A DNA stretch of 64,000 bases from a virus. Below the pieces are notes generated by a model, which was not told the DNA's origin, made no database searches, and saw only the letters and a program-made list of their open reading frames with translations. The DNA lies in IMG/VR virus record IMGVR_UViG_3300045988_170943, positions 256,001-320,000 of that record, one strand, 5' to 3'. Shown piece by piece: positions 55,729 to 64,000 of this stretch (the stretch's first letter is position 1; each line of letters begins with the position of its first letter). Made by a program: the position numbers and the translations under genes.

Positions 55729-58083
55729 ATGTTCGAGACCTACCACAGGATGAAGAACACAGTCGATGTGTCGTTCGACGACTTCTTCACTGACTCCCCG
55801 GTCCACGTCACCAAAGGTGAACCTAAACCCAGGCGAACCCTGTCAATGGTCGCAAAGAACCTGGGTGTCTTCATGCTCGTCGCGGCCCTGTGCGGGACCC
55901 TCACCTCAGTGTGGCCGATCCTCGCGCTCAGCCAGGGGGTACAAGCCGCAGAACCAATCGCTGAGTACTGGAAGTCCCTGCCAGAGAACCTGGAAGACAT
56001 CGAGATCGGGCAGAAGAACACGCTACTCGACATCAACGGCACCCCATACGCTGAAGTATGGTCAGAGAACAGAACCACCCTCACCTCACTGGACCAGGTG
56101 AGCGACTACGCAAAAAAGGGCTTGATCGCAACCGAAGACAAGGACTTCTACAAGCACAAGGGCTTCAGCCTGAAAGGTACAGCGCGAGCAGCAATGTCCA
56201 GTTCCGGTGGAGGATCCGGCATCACCCAACAGTTAGTGAAAAACCTCCAGTTCTTCAACCTAGCCGGTCGAGACAAGAAAGACCAGGCCGTCGAAGCCAC
56301 CATCGGCCGCAAGGTACGCGAACTCAAACTGGCACTAGGCTACGAGAAGAAGCACACCAAGAACGAAATCCTGCTCACCTATTTCAACACCGTAGCGTTC
56401 GGCGGCCCCAACACGTACAGCATCGAGACCGCCGCCCAATACTACTTCGGGAAGCCAGCCAAGGACCTCGACCTGGCAGAGTCAGCAGTCCTCGTCGGAA
56501 GCGTCCAGAACCCCAGTCGCTTCAACCTAGACAACACCGAGGACAGCAAGACCAACTACAAGGCCCGCCAAAAAGATGTGCTCGACAGGATGGTCACAGA
56601 GGGTTACATCACCCAAGCCGACGCAGATAAGGCATATGGTGAGGAACTGAACCTCGTCTACAAGTCAACCTCCAACGGCAACTGCACCTCCAGCAGATAC
56701 CCCTACTACTGCGAGTATGTCATGGGCTACCTGTCCAAGTCACCGAAACTAGGGGAGACACAGGAAGAGCGAGACGCCATCCTCCGCAAGGGCGGCCTCC
56801 AGATACACACCTACCTAGACCCCAACGCTATGGGGATCGTGGACGCGCAACTCAAACAGGACTACGGAACAGACAACCACCTGGCCGCCCCTACCGCTGT
56901 CGTCCAACCAGGCACAGGAGGCGTACTCGCAATGGGATCCAACCGCGACTACGGGACCGGCCCAGGACAGACCACCGTCAACCTGCCCTTACATGCCACT
57001 GGCACCGGGTCCGTCTACAAAATGATCACACTCGCTGCCGCACTCCACGAAGGCTATACCGAGTCCGACCTAGCGTTCTCATCCCGATGCCCCCTCGTCG
57101 ATTCACGCTACGACACCCCAGACGGCGGAATCACCAACTCCGACTCCTGCTCCCTCCAGGGAGGTTACATGGACTACCGGACCGCCACAGCCCTATCCTC
57201 CAACACATGGTTCAGCGAGTTGGAGATCAAGGTCGGTGTCGAGAAGGTCAAGGAGTTCAGCGCCAGTGTCGGACTGTCCGCACCCGACAACATCACCTCC
57301 CGGTCCCTGGCCTACACGCTGGGTGTCACAGAGAACTCAGAGGTAGCGATGGCGGCAGCATTCGCAACATTCTCCAACGGCGGCATCTACTGCCCTCCCA
57401 GCCCCGTCTCTACGTTCTCTTACGCAGACGGCACCTCACCCGTTGTCCCAGACACCTATGACCCCAAGACAGACTCCTGCCGCCGTGTCCTGTCAGAGAA
57501 GGACAGCGGCGTGGTCCTCAAGGCTATGCGAGCCAACGTCAGCGGCGAGATCCCCAACGCTTTCGGGAACAAGTTCAACACATCAGGGTACACGACCGTA
57601 GCCAAGTCTGGCACCAACCAACTTTACAACTCCACGTGGGCTGTCTTGTCCGGCAACTTCAGTGTCTTCAGCAACATCTATGACCCTGTAGACTTCACTG
57701 AGGGCATGGACCCAACAACATACCGTGGCAGCCAGTACCGGTGGTGGGACCACGTGATCGGATACACGGGCCGCGACATCATGACCTCACTGCTGAACAC
57801 GGAAGGATACAAGCCCCTAAAGTTTGACAGCAGTGACGACACCATGACCGAGGTGTCCGTTGAGTCCAGGGACTTCGTAACCATCCCCTCCGTGATTGGT
57901 ATGGAACCGGCGCAAGCGATGGCGACGCTCAACTCGCTAGGGTTCCCTGCCCACCTGAGTAAGGAGAAGAAGCCAGCACCAGACGGTTACCAGTCTGGGG
58001 TGATTGTTGAGCAGAACCTCACCCCTGGCACCCAGTTGCCGGTCGGAAGTAAGAAGGAGATCATCATCTACCAGTCCAAGTAG
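55729..58083 (+). CDS. Class A penicillin-binding protein (GT51 transglycosylase + transpeptidase) with C-terminal PASTA domain, PonA2-like
   Basis: N-terminal TM helix. GT51 motifs ATEDKDFYKHKGFS and GGSGITQQLVKN. Transpeptidase motifs SVYK (SxxK), SSN (SxN) and KSG (KTG-like). A C-terminal ~70-aa PASTA fold (VTIPSVIGMEPAQAMATLNSLGF ... PGTQLPVGSKKEIIIYQSK). Confidence 0.7.
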   Translation: MFETYHRMKNTVDVSFDDFFTDSPVHVTKGEPKPRRTLSMVAKNLGVFMLVAALCGTLTSVWPILALSQGVQAAEPIAEYWKSLPENLEDIEIGQKNTLLDINGTPYAEVWSENRTTLTSLDQVSDYAKKGLIATEDKDFYKHKGFSLKGTARAAMSSSGGGSGITQQLVKNLQFFNLAGRDKKDQAVEATIGRKVRELKLALGYEKKHTKNEILLTYFNTVAFGGPNTYSIETAAQYYFGKPAKDLDLAESAVLVGSVQNPSRFNLDNTEDSKTNYKARQKDVLDRMVTEGYITQADADKAYGEELNLVYKSTSNGNCTSSRYPYYCEYVMGYLSKSPKLGETQEERDAILRKGGLQIHTYLDPNAMGIVDAQLKQDYGTDNHLAAPTAVVQPGTGGVLAMGSNRDYGTGPGQTTVNLPLHATGTGSVYKMITLAAALHEGYTESDLAFSSRCPLVDSRYDTPDGGITNSDSCSLQGGYMDYRTATALSSNTWFSELEIKVGVEKVKEFSASVGLSAPDNITSRSLAYTLGVTENSEVAMAAAFATFSNGGIYCPPSPVSTFSYADGTSPVVPDTYDPKTDSCRRVLSEKDSGVVLKAMRANVSGEIPNAFGNKFNTSGYTTVAKSGTNQLYNSTWAVLSGNFSVFSNIYDPVDFTEGMDPTTYRGSQYRWWDHVIGYTGRDIMTSLLNTEGYKPLKFDSSDDTMTEVSVESRDFVTIPSVIGMEPAQAMATLNSLGFPAHLSKEKKPAPDGYQSGVIVEQNLTPGTQLPVGSKKEIIIYQSK

Positions 58084-58271
58084 GCGGGTGAGAACTGCCT
58101 TAATCGGGCGGGGCATATAGACCTATTTTGTGACCCCGTGGCGGAGATTAGTGCTATCTGAGCGTAAGCCCCGCCACTGCGAGCGACGGTTTCGGTATCA
58201 TCCCCTATAGGCAGAAAAGAGGCGCCTCTCACCTAAGAGAGGTCGATGACGCAAACCGGAAGAGGTAGCCG

Positions 58272-59087
58272 ATGTCAAGCACGGTAGAGGAAGCGACCAC
58301 GGGCCTGGAACGCATGGAGCAGGCTGTCCGGGCGGCCCGGGATGCACGTGCGGCACTGAAGAAGGACCTGGAATCCGTGAAAGCGGAGATACAGGCACTC
58401 ACAGCCCTACAAGCACGCATTCAGGCATCATTGGACGCCACCTTAGCATTCACCTCCTCCGGCCCCAGTCAGCCCACCACAGCAGGCCCAGAAGAGACAG
58501 AACCAACTAAGGCTGTCGCACAGGAGGACACGCCACCTGAGTCCACCACGCCCCAGGGCACTCCGACAGGCATCGGCACACCCAGCCATGAGACAACACC
58601 TGTGGACGCATCTCTGGACACGTCCACCCAGCCAGGCCGAGCAGGCCACAGCCACATTGAGGGAGTGGGCTCTCCAGACACGCACAGCGGCGGCAGGCAG
58701 GCCGACAACAAGGATGCATCCACCAACACCCCAGATGCAGGCCCAGACCTGACACCATGGGAGGATGAGGCATACCTGAGTGACTACGGGCAGAACGATC
58801 AGGTGGAACGAACCCAGTGGCCATCCAGCCTAAAGACAGCAGACGAGATCTTCGACACCAGCAACCAGGAGATCCCAGAAGACAGCACTGCTGTGAGCAA
58901 AGAGCCCCAGGTGCCCACCAACACCACCTCAAAACCCAGCGACACAAGCCGGGGTAGAAAAGCGCGCACAGGCACCCAGAAGAAACCCGCCACCCATAAA
59001 ACCAGCACTAAGAAAAAGAGTGAGCCGCCCCCAATCGGTGACGGCATAGGAGATAACTTCACCATCGACTTCGGTGTCCCACTATGA
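58272..59087 (+). CDS. Hypothetical protein: N-terminal coiled coil, Pro/Thr/Ser-rich acidic remainder
   Basis: 271-aa ORF of low complexity. Confidence 0.35.
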   Translation: MSSTVEEATTGLERMEQAVRAARDARAALKKDLESVKAEIQALTALQARIQASLDATLAFTSSGPSQPTTAGPEETEPTKAVAQEDTPPESTTPQGTPTGIGTPSHETTPVDASLDTSTQPGRAGHSHIEGVGSPDTHSGGRQADNKDASTNTPDAGPDLTPWEDEAYLSDYGQNDQVERTQWPSSLKTADEIFDTSNQEIPEDSTAVSKEPQVPTNTTSKPSDTSRGRKARTGTQKKPATHKTSTKKKSEPPPIGDGIGDNFTIDFGVPL

Positions 59088-59109
59088 CATAGGCGAGAGG
59101 GAGTAGCCA

Positions 59110-60270
59110 GTGAAGATAATCACAGAAGCCAGCAAGTTCACCAACACCATCAAATGGGTGGGACTCGGCCTTGACAGGAAGACCAACGGTACCCGGATCA
59201 TCCTCGACGCCCACAGTGACGGACGCTGCTACCTGTCTTACCACAGCGGCAGCGTGTACACATCCGCCCCACTAGAAGTCCTAACCATCGACTTCCAGGA
59301 CGAAAACCCCAGCCAGGACAGCGTACAGGTCACCTTAGACGGAGTGTTTCTTCAACGTCTCGCCCAAGGACTACCCAAGACCGGTGACATCACTCTGATC
59401 AGCAGGCGAGATGAACCCATGAAGGTCACCTCCAAGACCGGCCGGTTCACCGCCCCCACCTACAACGCCCGCAAAAAGCCCACCCCCAACACGTCATGCG
59501 TCGGAGAGGTAGACGCAGCAGAGTTCTTCAGCACCATATCCAGGGCCGCCAGAGTGTGTGACAACCGTGAGAACATTAGGCACAAGTTCGTCAACACCGT
59601 GGACCTATCACTCAACCCAGACACAGGCACCATCCGAGTATTCTCCTTCGACACCTATGTGATGGCCGAAACCACCATGAGATATACACCCACCAGTCAG
59701 CCACAAAACCAGGGGTACGTGCTCATACCATCCCAGTACGCCTCCATGATCCGCCCAGACAAGGACATGACCGGTGCTGTCAAGATACTGGAAGAAATAG
59801 GGGCCAACGGGAAGACCTACCGGGTAGGGTTCGAGTTCGACGACGGCAGGCGGATCCTCATGCCACTCAAGGACGTCCTCAGGTGCCCGAACGTTGACGC
59901 CATGGTAGAGGAATGCAGAAGAGGAGTACAAGCCCAGGTTATCGTCTCCACCGCGGCAGTCACCTCAGCAATAAAGAACGTGTCTGCCCTCACAGCCAAC
60001 AAAACCGACATCAGCGTCACCGGCCAGGACATCACCCTCACCGTATCCTGTGACGACAACAGCATCACAGTGCCACTCACAGGCGGATCATTCGAGACCC
60101 CCATAGAAGCCCTGTTCTCACGGGAAGTCATCACCAAGGGCCTGTCACCTATCACCACGAAAGATGTTCAGGTCAGTTTCAGTACGGACGCGGTGATCCT
60201 AGAACCTATCGGGGCCAGCATTGACACCACAGTCATTTTCACCATGAAACGGTACAGGGGAGAGTCATGA
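59110..60270 (+). CDS. DNA polymerase III beta sliding-clamp-like protein
   Basis: At 386 aa it has three-domain clamp length. The N-terminus MKIITEASKFTNTIKWVGLGLDRK ... IILDAHSDGRCYLS follows the DnaN pattern (MKF.i.r..L...l..v...i..k...piL.n.ll.a.dg.l.l). GTG start with a GAGGGAG RBS, located next to dnaB. Confidence 0.45.
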   Translation: MKIITEASKFTNTIKWVGLGLDRKTNGTRIILDAHSDGRCYLSYHSGSVYTSAPLEVLTIDFQDENPSQDSVQVTLDGVFLQRLAQGLPKTGDITLISRRDEPMKVTSKTGRFTAPTYNARKKPTPNTSCVGEVDAAEFFSTISRAARVCDNRENIRHKFVNTVDLSLNPDTGTIRVFSFDTYVMAETTMRYTPTSQPQNQGYVLIPSQYASMIRPDKDMTGAVKILEEIGANGKTYRVGFEFDDGRRILMPLKDVLRCPNVDAMVEECRRGVQAQVIVSTAAVTSAIKNVSALTANKTDISVTGQDITLTVSCDDNSITVPLTGGSFETPIEALFSREVITKGLSPITTKDVQVSFSTDAVILEPIGASIDTTVIFTMKRYRGES

Positions 60271-60962
60271 CCATACACTTGTTGACGGCAGTATTCGGTG
60301 GCGTATCATCACTGATCCTACTGTTCGTGACTATGCTGTACTCCCCGGGCTGGGTTGACAGGGGCCGCTGGCAATTAGTGAACGTGCTAGCCTTCGTGAC
60401 ATCTACTGTATCCAGCATCTTCACATCCGCGATGCTCCCTTCTGGTGATGTTACGCACTGGCTCACGGCCGTGGCCGGGGGCGTGTCAGTAGGAACAACC
60501 GTGTTCGTCACCACCCAGTGCGCCTACACGGACTTCACCTACCGGAAGGGTGACAGGTGGACTCTGCGTGCAGCGATAGCGATGAACGCTGCCACAGGTG
60601 GGGTCAGCCTGTTCCTGGAGCCCGCGCGCACTCAGGGTGAGCGGTGGTTGTTCGTCCTCCTGGTGCTTCTGTCACTGGTGCTGTTTCTGATCCCGTCCCT
60701 GGGTAAGTCGGATGCCCGCGCCACTCTCTTAAGTGTTCTGGCGACTTACCCGATGGTGGGGGTCCTGGGCGTCCAGTGGGGCCTGATCGTCCTGGCGCTG
60801 GTTCTGGGGGTGTATGGGGTGTCCTCATCGGTGCGGATGATGTGGGGCGTGAAAGGTACATTGAGGGGTGTATTCCGGGAGAAGATGAGTATTCCCATGG
60901 TCCCACTCATCACTGGATCATTCCTGATTGCAGAGATATGTGCAGCACTGGCCCAACAGTAG
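60267..60962 (+). CDS. Polytopic membrane protein (about 6 TM helices)
   Basis: 231 aa, highly hydrophobic, with an ATGA overlap to the upstream gene. Confidence 0.45.
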   Translation: MTIHLLTAVFGGVSSLILLFVTMLYSPGWVDRGRWQLVNVLAFVTSTVSSIFTSAMLPSGDVTHWLTAVAGGVSVGTTVFVTTQCAYTDFTYRKGDRWTLRAAIAMNAATGGVSLFLEPARTQGERWLFVLLVLLSLVLFLIPSLGKSDARATLLSVLATYPMVGVLGVQWGLIVLALVLGVYGVSSSVRMMWGVKGTLRGVFREKMSIPMVPLITGSFLIAEICAALAQQ

Positions 60963-61020
60963 GCGGCGATATTCTGGTGAGTTTAATCACGGCCCTCCCT
61001 GGCAGGAGAAAGGCACACAA

Positions 61021-61980
61021 ATGAGCGACATCCTGGATTCTATCGACGAACTTGATGACATTGAGGACGGCGACCTCGACGTTGAAGACACTCACCCTAT
61101 CTCCATTGTCACGGGAGTCAACGATGACGACGGTGATAACTACTTCAATGAAGATGATGATGAGGAGGAAGACCTCGCCGCCGAGATGAGCAGTATCCTG
61201 GACGCCGAGGACACTCAGGCATCAGAGATGGGGCAGGCTGAGGCACAGGAGATAACCAACGCCATCAAATCCGCCGCAACTGTCACCTATGCCCTACTCG
61301 CTAAGGCCCACGAAGGTAAGGCTCACCAGTCACTCGGGTACGACTCGTGGGGCGAGTACGTCAAGGCCGAGTTCGAGATGAGTCCACAACGCTCATACCA
61401 GTTGCTTGACCTGTCTAAGGCCGTCAAGATGATCGAGGCCGCCGCACCAGAAGGCACCCATATCAAACTCACAGAGGCCCAGGCCAGAGACCTGAAGCGT
61501 GAATTACCTCGAATCACTGAACGCATCCATGAAGAGACCACCGGCAAGACCCCGGAAGAGTCACGAGAGATCATCGACGACATCGTTCGTGAGGAACGTG
61601 AGGAGAAGATCCAGAAGCGAGCCGAGGACAAGGCCCACAAGAGCCGAGAACAGGAAATGGACGAGGCCCGCGACGAAGGCTATCGTGCAGGCCTGGAGTC
61701 CGCCGCTGACGCCATCCTAGAGGCCGACGCAGAAAGGCAGGCTGTCAACGAGCCAGACGGTGGGCTCATGGACGTGGAGGTCGAAGGGGACATCAATCAG
61801 GCTGGCCGTGCAGAATACATGAAATTAGTTCAGGCGCTCGTCATGAACAGCAATATGGGTGACCCACAGGACATTGTTGACGCCATCCCGGAGAACAACT
61901 TTGAGGACATCTACGACCGGGTGATAGACACTGCTGGCCTATGGAACCGTATCGCCAACTACATGGACCTCAGGCGTTAA
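61021..61980 (+). CDS. Acidic protein with putative ParB/KorB-type helix-turn-helix
   Basis: HQSLGYDSWGEYVKAEFEMSPQRSYQLLDLSKAVKM resembles ParB-family HTH segments. An extremely acidic N-terminus (DDDGDNYFNEDDDEEED) and a K/E/R-rich middle. ATG at 61021 with a GGAGAAAGG RBS; the track start at 60928 overlaps the upstream gene. Confidence 0.3.
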   Translation: MSDILDSIDELDDIEDGDLDVEDTHPISIVTGVNDDDGDNYFNEDDDEEEDLAAEMSSILDAEDTQASEMGQAEAQEITNAIKSAATVTYALLAKAHEGKAHQSLGYDSWGEYVKAEFEMSPQRSYQLLDLSKAVKMIEAAAPEGTHIKLTEAQARDLKRELPRITERIHEETTGKTPEESREIIDDIVREEREEKIQKRAEDKAHKSREQEMDEARDEGYRAGLESAADAILEADAERQAVNEPDGGLMDVEVEGDINQAGRAEYMKLVQALVMNSNMGDPQDIVDAIPENNFEDIYDRVIDTAGLWNRIANYMDLRR

Positions 61981-62087
61981 AGGAGCACCAGGTCCCTGAA
62001 ACAGCCCTCAGTGCGGTGGCAGCAAGCGTCGGTAATATGTGCTCAGGAAACACCCAACCACGAGCCCTATTCTGACGGAGAGCGCCA

Positions 62088-64000
62088 ATGGATAACACAA
62101 CACCCGAAACAGCGGACACGACCTCACAGGTTGGTCCGCTGTTTACTCTCATCCAGGACTCCTCCAACTACCAGCCGGTACCCCACGAAACTCTCCCAGA
62201 GGTCATCCAGGACACTATTGGTCGCACCATGGTAGCCTTGTGCAATTCTGAGCGCGGCCGGGTCATGGTCATTGGGGATGTCAGGTCAGGTAAGACATTT
62301 TTCGTCAATCATCTTGCTCAGGCCGTCAGCGACTTCACCACGGAGAAGGAATACGCGCCTGTCTACTTCATCCGGGTTAATGAGAAGGCGCTCCCGGCCA
62401 TGATGTCTGAGGACGGCACAGTCAGCATGAGCGCCATCATTGATCATGTATGTGACGCCCTGAAGTGTGCGGATAGCCAGGTGTGCGTCGTCACCGAAAA
62501 TCCGTCTATGGCGGCGGTCCTCCAGCAGAACACCACCGATGTGAAGGTCATCCTGGAGGCGGTCACTGACACCCTGTTTAGTGACGAGGCAGAGACCGCG
62601 AAGTCGTTCATGTCGTGGGATGCTGCTGACACAGCGGACATGTTACTGACCGCAAAGGAGACAAGCCTGCTGGTTAAGGCGGCGTTCTGGGGTAAGGCCA
62701 TCGACATGTACCCGACAGACGAGGTTGATGACACTATCATCGACAGCCTCATTCGTCGTATCGTGCGCAATGACGCCATGATCCAGAAGGACGGGAAGCG
62801 GAAAGTCCTGAACGTGCCGTTCGGGCAGTGGGGAGACATTCTCACTGACGTTACTGGCACCGTAGTCATGTCCAAATCGAAGCGCATCCGTGAAGCCGAT
62901 GGCAGTATCTCCGTCAAGGGGCTCACTAAGTACATCATCAAGCAGAACCGTGACATCCTTGAGAACAGTGAGGACGAGGGACTGGTCGCGCTCGCTGCAC
63001 TCTTTGGTGGCGACACCGACAGCAGTCAAGACGTGAAGAAGAGAAAGAAGCGCAAGCCACTGAAGTTCAACAGCCTCAAAAACCTCAAGACAGCCCTCTC
63101 TGGCAGCATCATCGGGCAGGAGAAGGCGCTGGATGCGATCACCCGACAGGTCACAGTACCCATGTCTGGAATGTCCCGCGAAGGTAAGCCGTTGCGGTCT
63201 CTCATGTTCTGTGGCCCTACCGGCACGGGGAAGACTGAGACCGCTAAGGTTATCGCCAAGCATCTCCTGAAGAAGGGGGAGATGAACCTTGTGCGCATCG
63301 ACATGTCTGAGTTCGCTGAGAAGCACGAGTACACGAAACTGCTCGGCGCACCCCCAGGGTACGTGGGGTATGAGACCGGCGGGGTCCTTACCCGTGCGGT
63401 GGCAGCGAACCCTCGGTCTGTAGTTCTCCTGGACGAGGTAGAGAAGGCCCACCCGGACATCTGGAACCAGTTCCTCCAGATCCTTGACGCCGGGCGCATG
63501 ACAGACAGTAACGGGCAGGTCGTAGACTTCACACAGACAATAATCATCATGACCTCCAACCTTGGTGCCGCCGAGATGTCCCGCACCAGAGCAGGCTTCG
63601 TCACCATGGACTCGGGTCAGGCATACACGGATCGGGAGCGGAACGCCACTAACGCAGTTATGAGGTCTGTGGAGAAGACCATGCTCCCGGAACTCATCAA
63701 CCGGATAGACGAGATCATCGTGTTCAGCGAAATCCGACCTGAGGCAGCCCGCGAGATCGCCGTGAAGGAGATCAAGAGAATCCGGGACACCCACAGCACT
63801 AGCGTCCGCACCATTATGGACGCACCCCATGATATTGTCGATGAAATCTTAAAAAAGTCGAACATCAGCAAGTATGGGGTCCGCGAGATTCAGAGAACCG
63901 TTGAGAAGATGATCGTGAACCCACTCGCTACGGCTATCGCAACCCACCCTGACGGCAACACATTCACGTTTGAGATGTCTCAGGACGGTCAGGTCATTGT
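62088..64000 (+). CDS. ClpA/ClpB-like AAA+ ATPase, 3'-partial, with atypical or degenerate first nucleotide-binding domain
   Basis: Not in the ORF track because it has no stop inside the window. The frame is open from 62088 to the window end. A canonical Clp D2 is present: IIGQEKALDAITRQV ... SLMFCGPTGTGKTETAKVIA ... GAPPGYVGYETGGVLTRAV ... VVLLDEVEKAHPDIWNQFLQILDAGRMTD ... IIIMTSNLG. The N-terminal P-loop GDVRSGKTFFVNHL is atypical. Confidence 0.65.
   Translation, partial: MDNTTPETADTTSQVGPLFTLIQDSSNYQPVPHETLPEVIQDTIGRTMVALCNSERGRVMVIGDVRSGKTFFVNHLAQAVSDFTTEKEYAPVYFIRVNEKALPAMMSEDGTVSMSAIIDHVCDALKCADSQVCVVTENPSMAAVLQQNTTDVKVILEAVTDTLFSDEAETAKSFMSWDAADTADMLLTAKETSLLVKAAFWGKAIDMYPTDEVDDTIIDSLIRRIVRNDAMIQKDGKRKVLNVPFGQWGDILTDVTGTVVMSKSKRIREADGSISVKGLTKYIIKQNRDILENSEDEGLVALAALFGGDTDSSQDVKKRKKRKPLKFNSLKNLKTALSGSIIGQEKALDAITRQVTVPMSGMSREGKPLRSLMFCGPTGTGKTETAKVIAKHLLKKGEMNLVRIDMSEFAEKHEYTKLLGAPPGYVGYETGGVLTRAVAANPRSVVLLDEVEKAHPDIWNQFLQILDAGRMTDSNGQVVDFTQTIIIMTSNLGAAEMSRTRAGFVTMDSGQAYTDRERNATNAVMRSVEKTMLPELINRIDEIIVFSEIRPEAAREIAVKEIKRIRDTHSTSVRTIMDAPHDIVDEILKKSNISKYGVREIQRTVEKMIVNPLATAIATHPDGNTFTFEMSQDGQVI

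Noticed and set aside
1-64000. Search for tRNA, rRNA and CRISPR arrays.
   Set aside because: None of the intergenic gaps (the largest are 7381-7649 and 43362-43716) shows tRNA cloverleaf or T-loop signatures (GGTTCGAATCC-like) or regularly spaced direct repeats. Scanned by eye only, so low-scoring tRNAs could be missed.

Overview
This is a GC-rich window (about 60% by eye, not computed) with codon usage typical of high-GC Gram-positive Actinobacteria. It is densely coding, and essentially every credible gene (about 55) lies on the + strand. Many genes are joined by 4-nt ATGA/GTGA/TAATG overlaps. I found no rRNA, tRNA, CRISPR array, transposase or integrase.

The content reads as a large mobile genetic element, either a conjugative megaplasmid/ICE or a jumbo/mega-phage, rather than a chromosome. 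All the housekeeping-type genes (RecA, DnaB, SSB, clamp-like, sigma factors) are divergent paralogs of the canonical genes.

Two broad modules are visible.

- Left half, about 1-37 kb, an envelope-spanning or secretion-like module: a membrane-anchored lysozyme+CHAP peptidoglycan hydrolase; two or three sigma-70-like factors; a lone SbcC/Rad50-like ATPase with a CxxC zinc hook; a VirB11/TadA/CpaF-family secretion ATPase; an HU protein; a GNAT acetyltransferase; two tandem paralogous giant polytopic membrane proteins (1379 and 1053 aa); a DivIVA-domain protein; and a run of secreted and membrane-anchored Pro-rich proteins.
- Right half, about 34-64 kb, a DNA-metabolism, stress and defence module: SSB; a GrcA-like autonomous glycyl-radical cofactor beside an NrdG-like radical-SAM activase; a free-standing Hint (intein-like) protein; a BI-1/YccA-family membrane protein; an HNH endonuclease followed by an MmeI-like single-chain restriction-modification enzyme; a metallopeptidase-vWA protein and a MoxR-like AAA+ ATPase separated by a divergent RecA; a DnaB-like helicase; a DnaC/IstB-like protein with a degenerate Walker A; a class A PBP with a C-terminal PASTA domain behind its own consensus promoter; a beta-clamp-like protein; and a ClpA/B-like AAA+ ATPase running off the 3' end.

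Several strong hairpin terminators and a few sigma-70-like promoters can be read directly. No capsid, terminase, tail, VirB4, VirD4 or relaxase gene is recognisable in the window, so phage versus conjugative element cannot be decided from this sequence alone.
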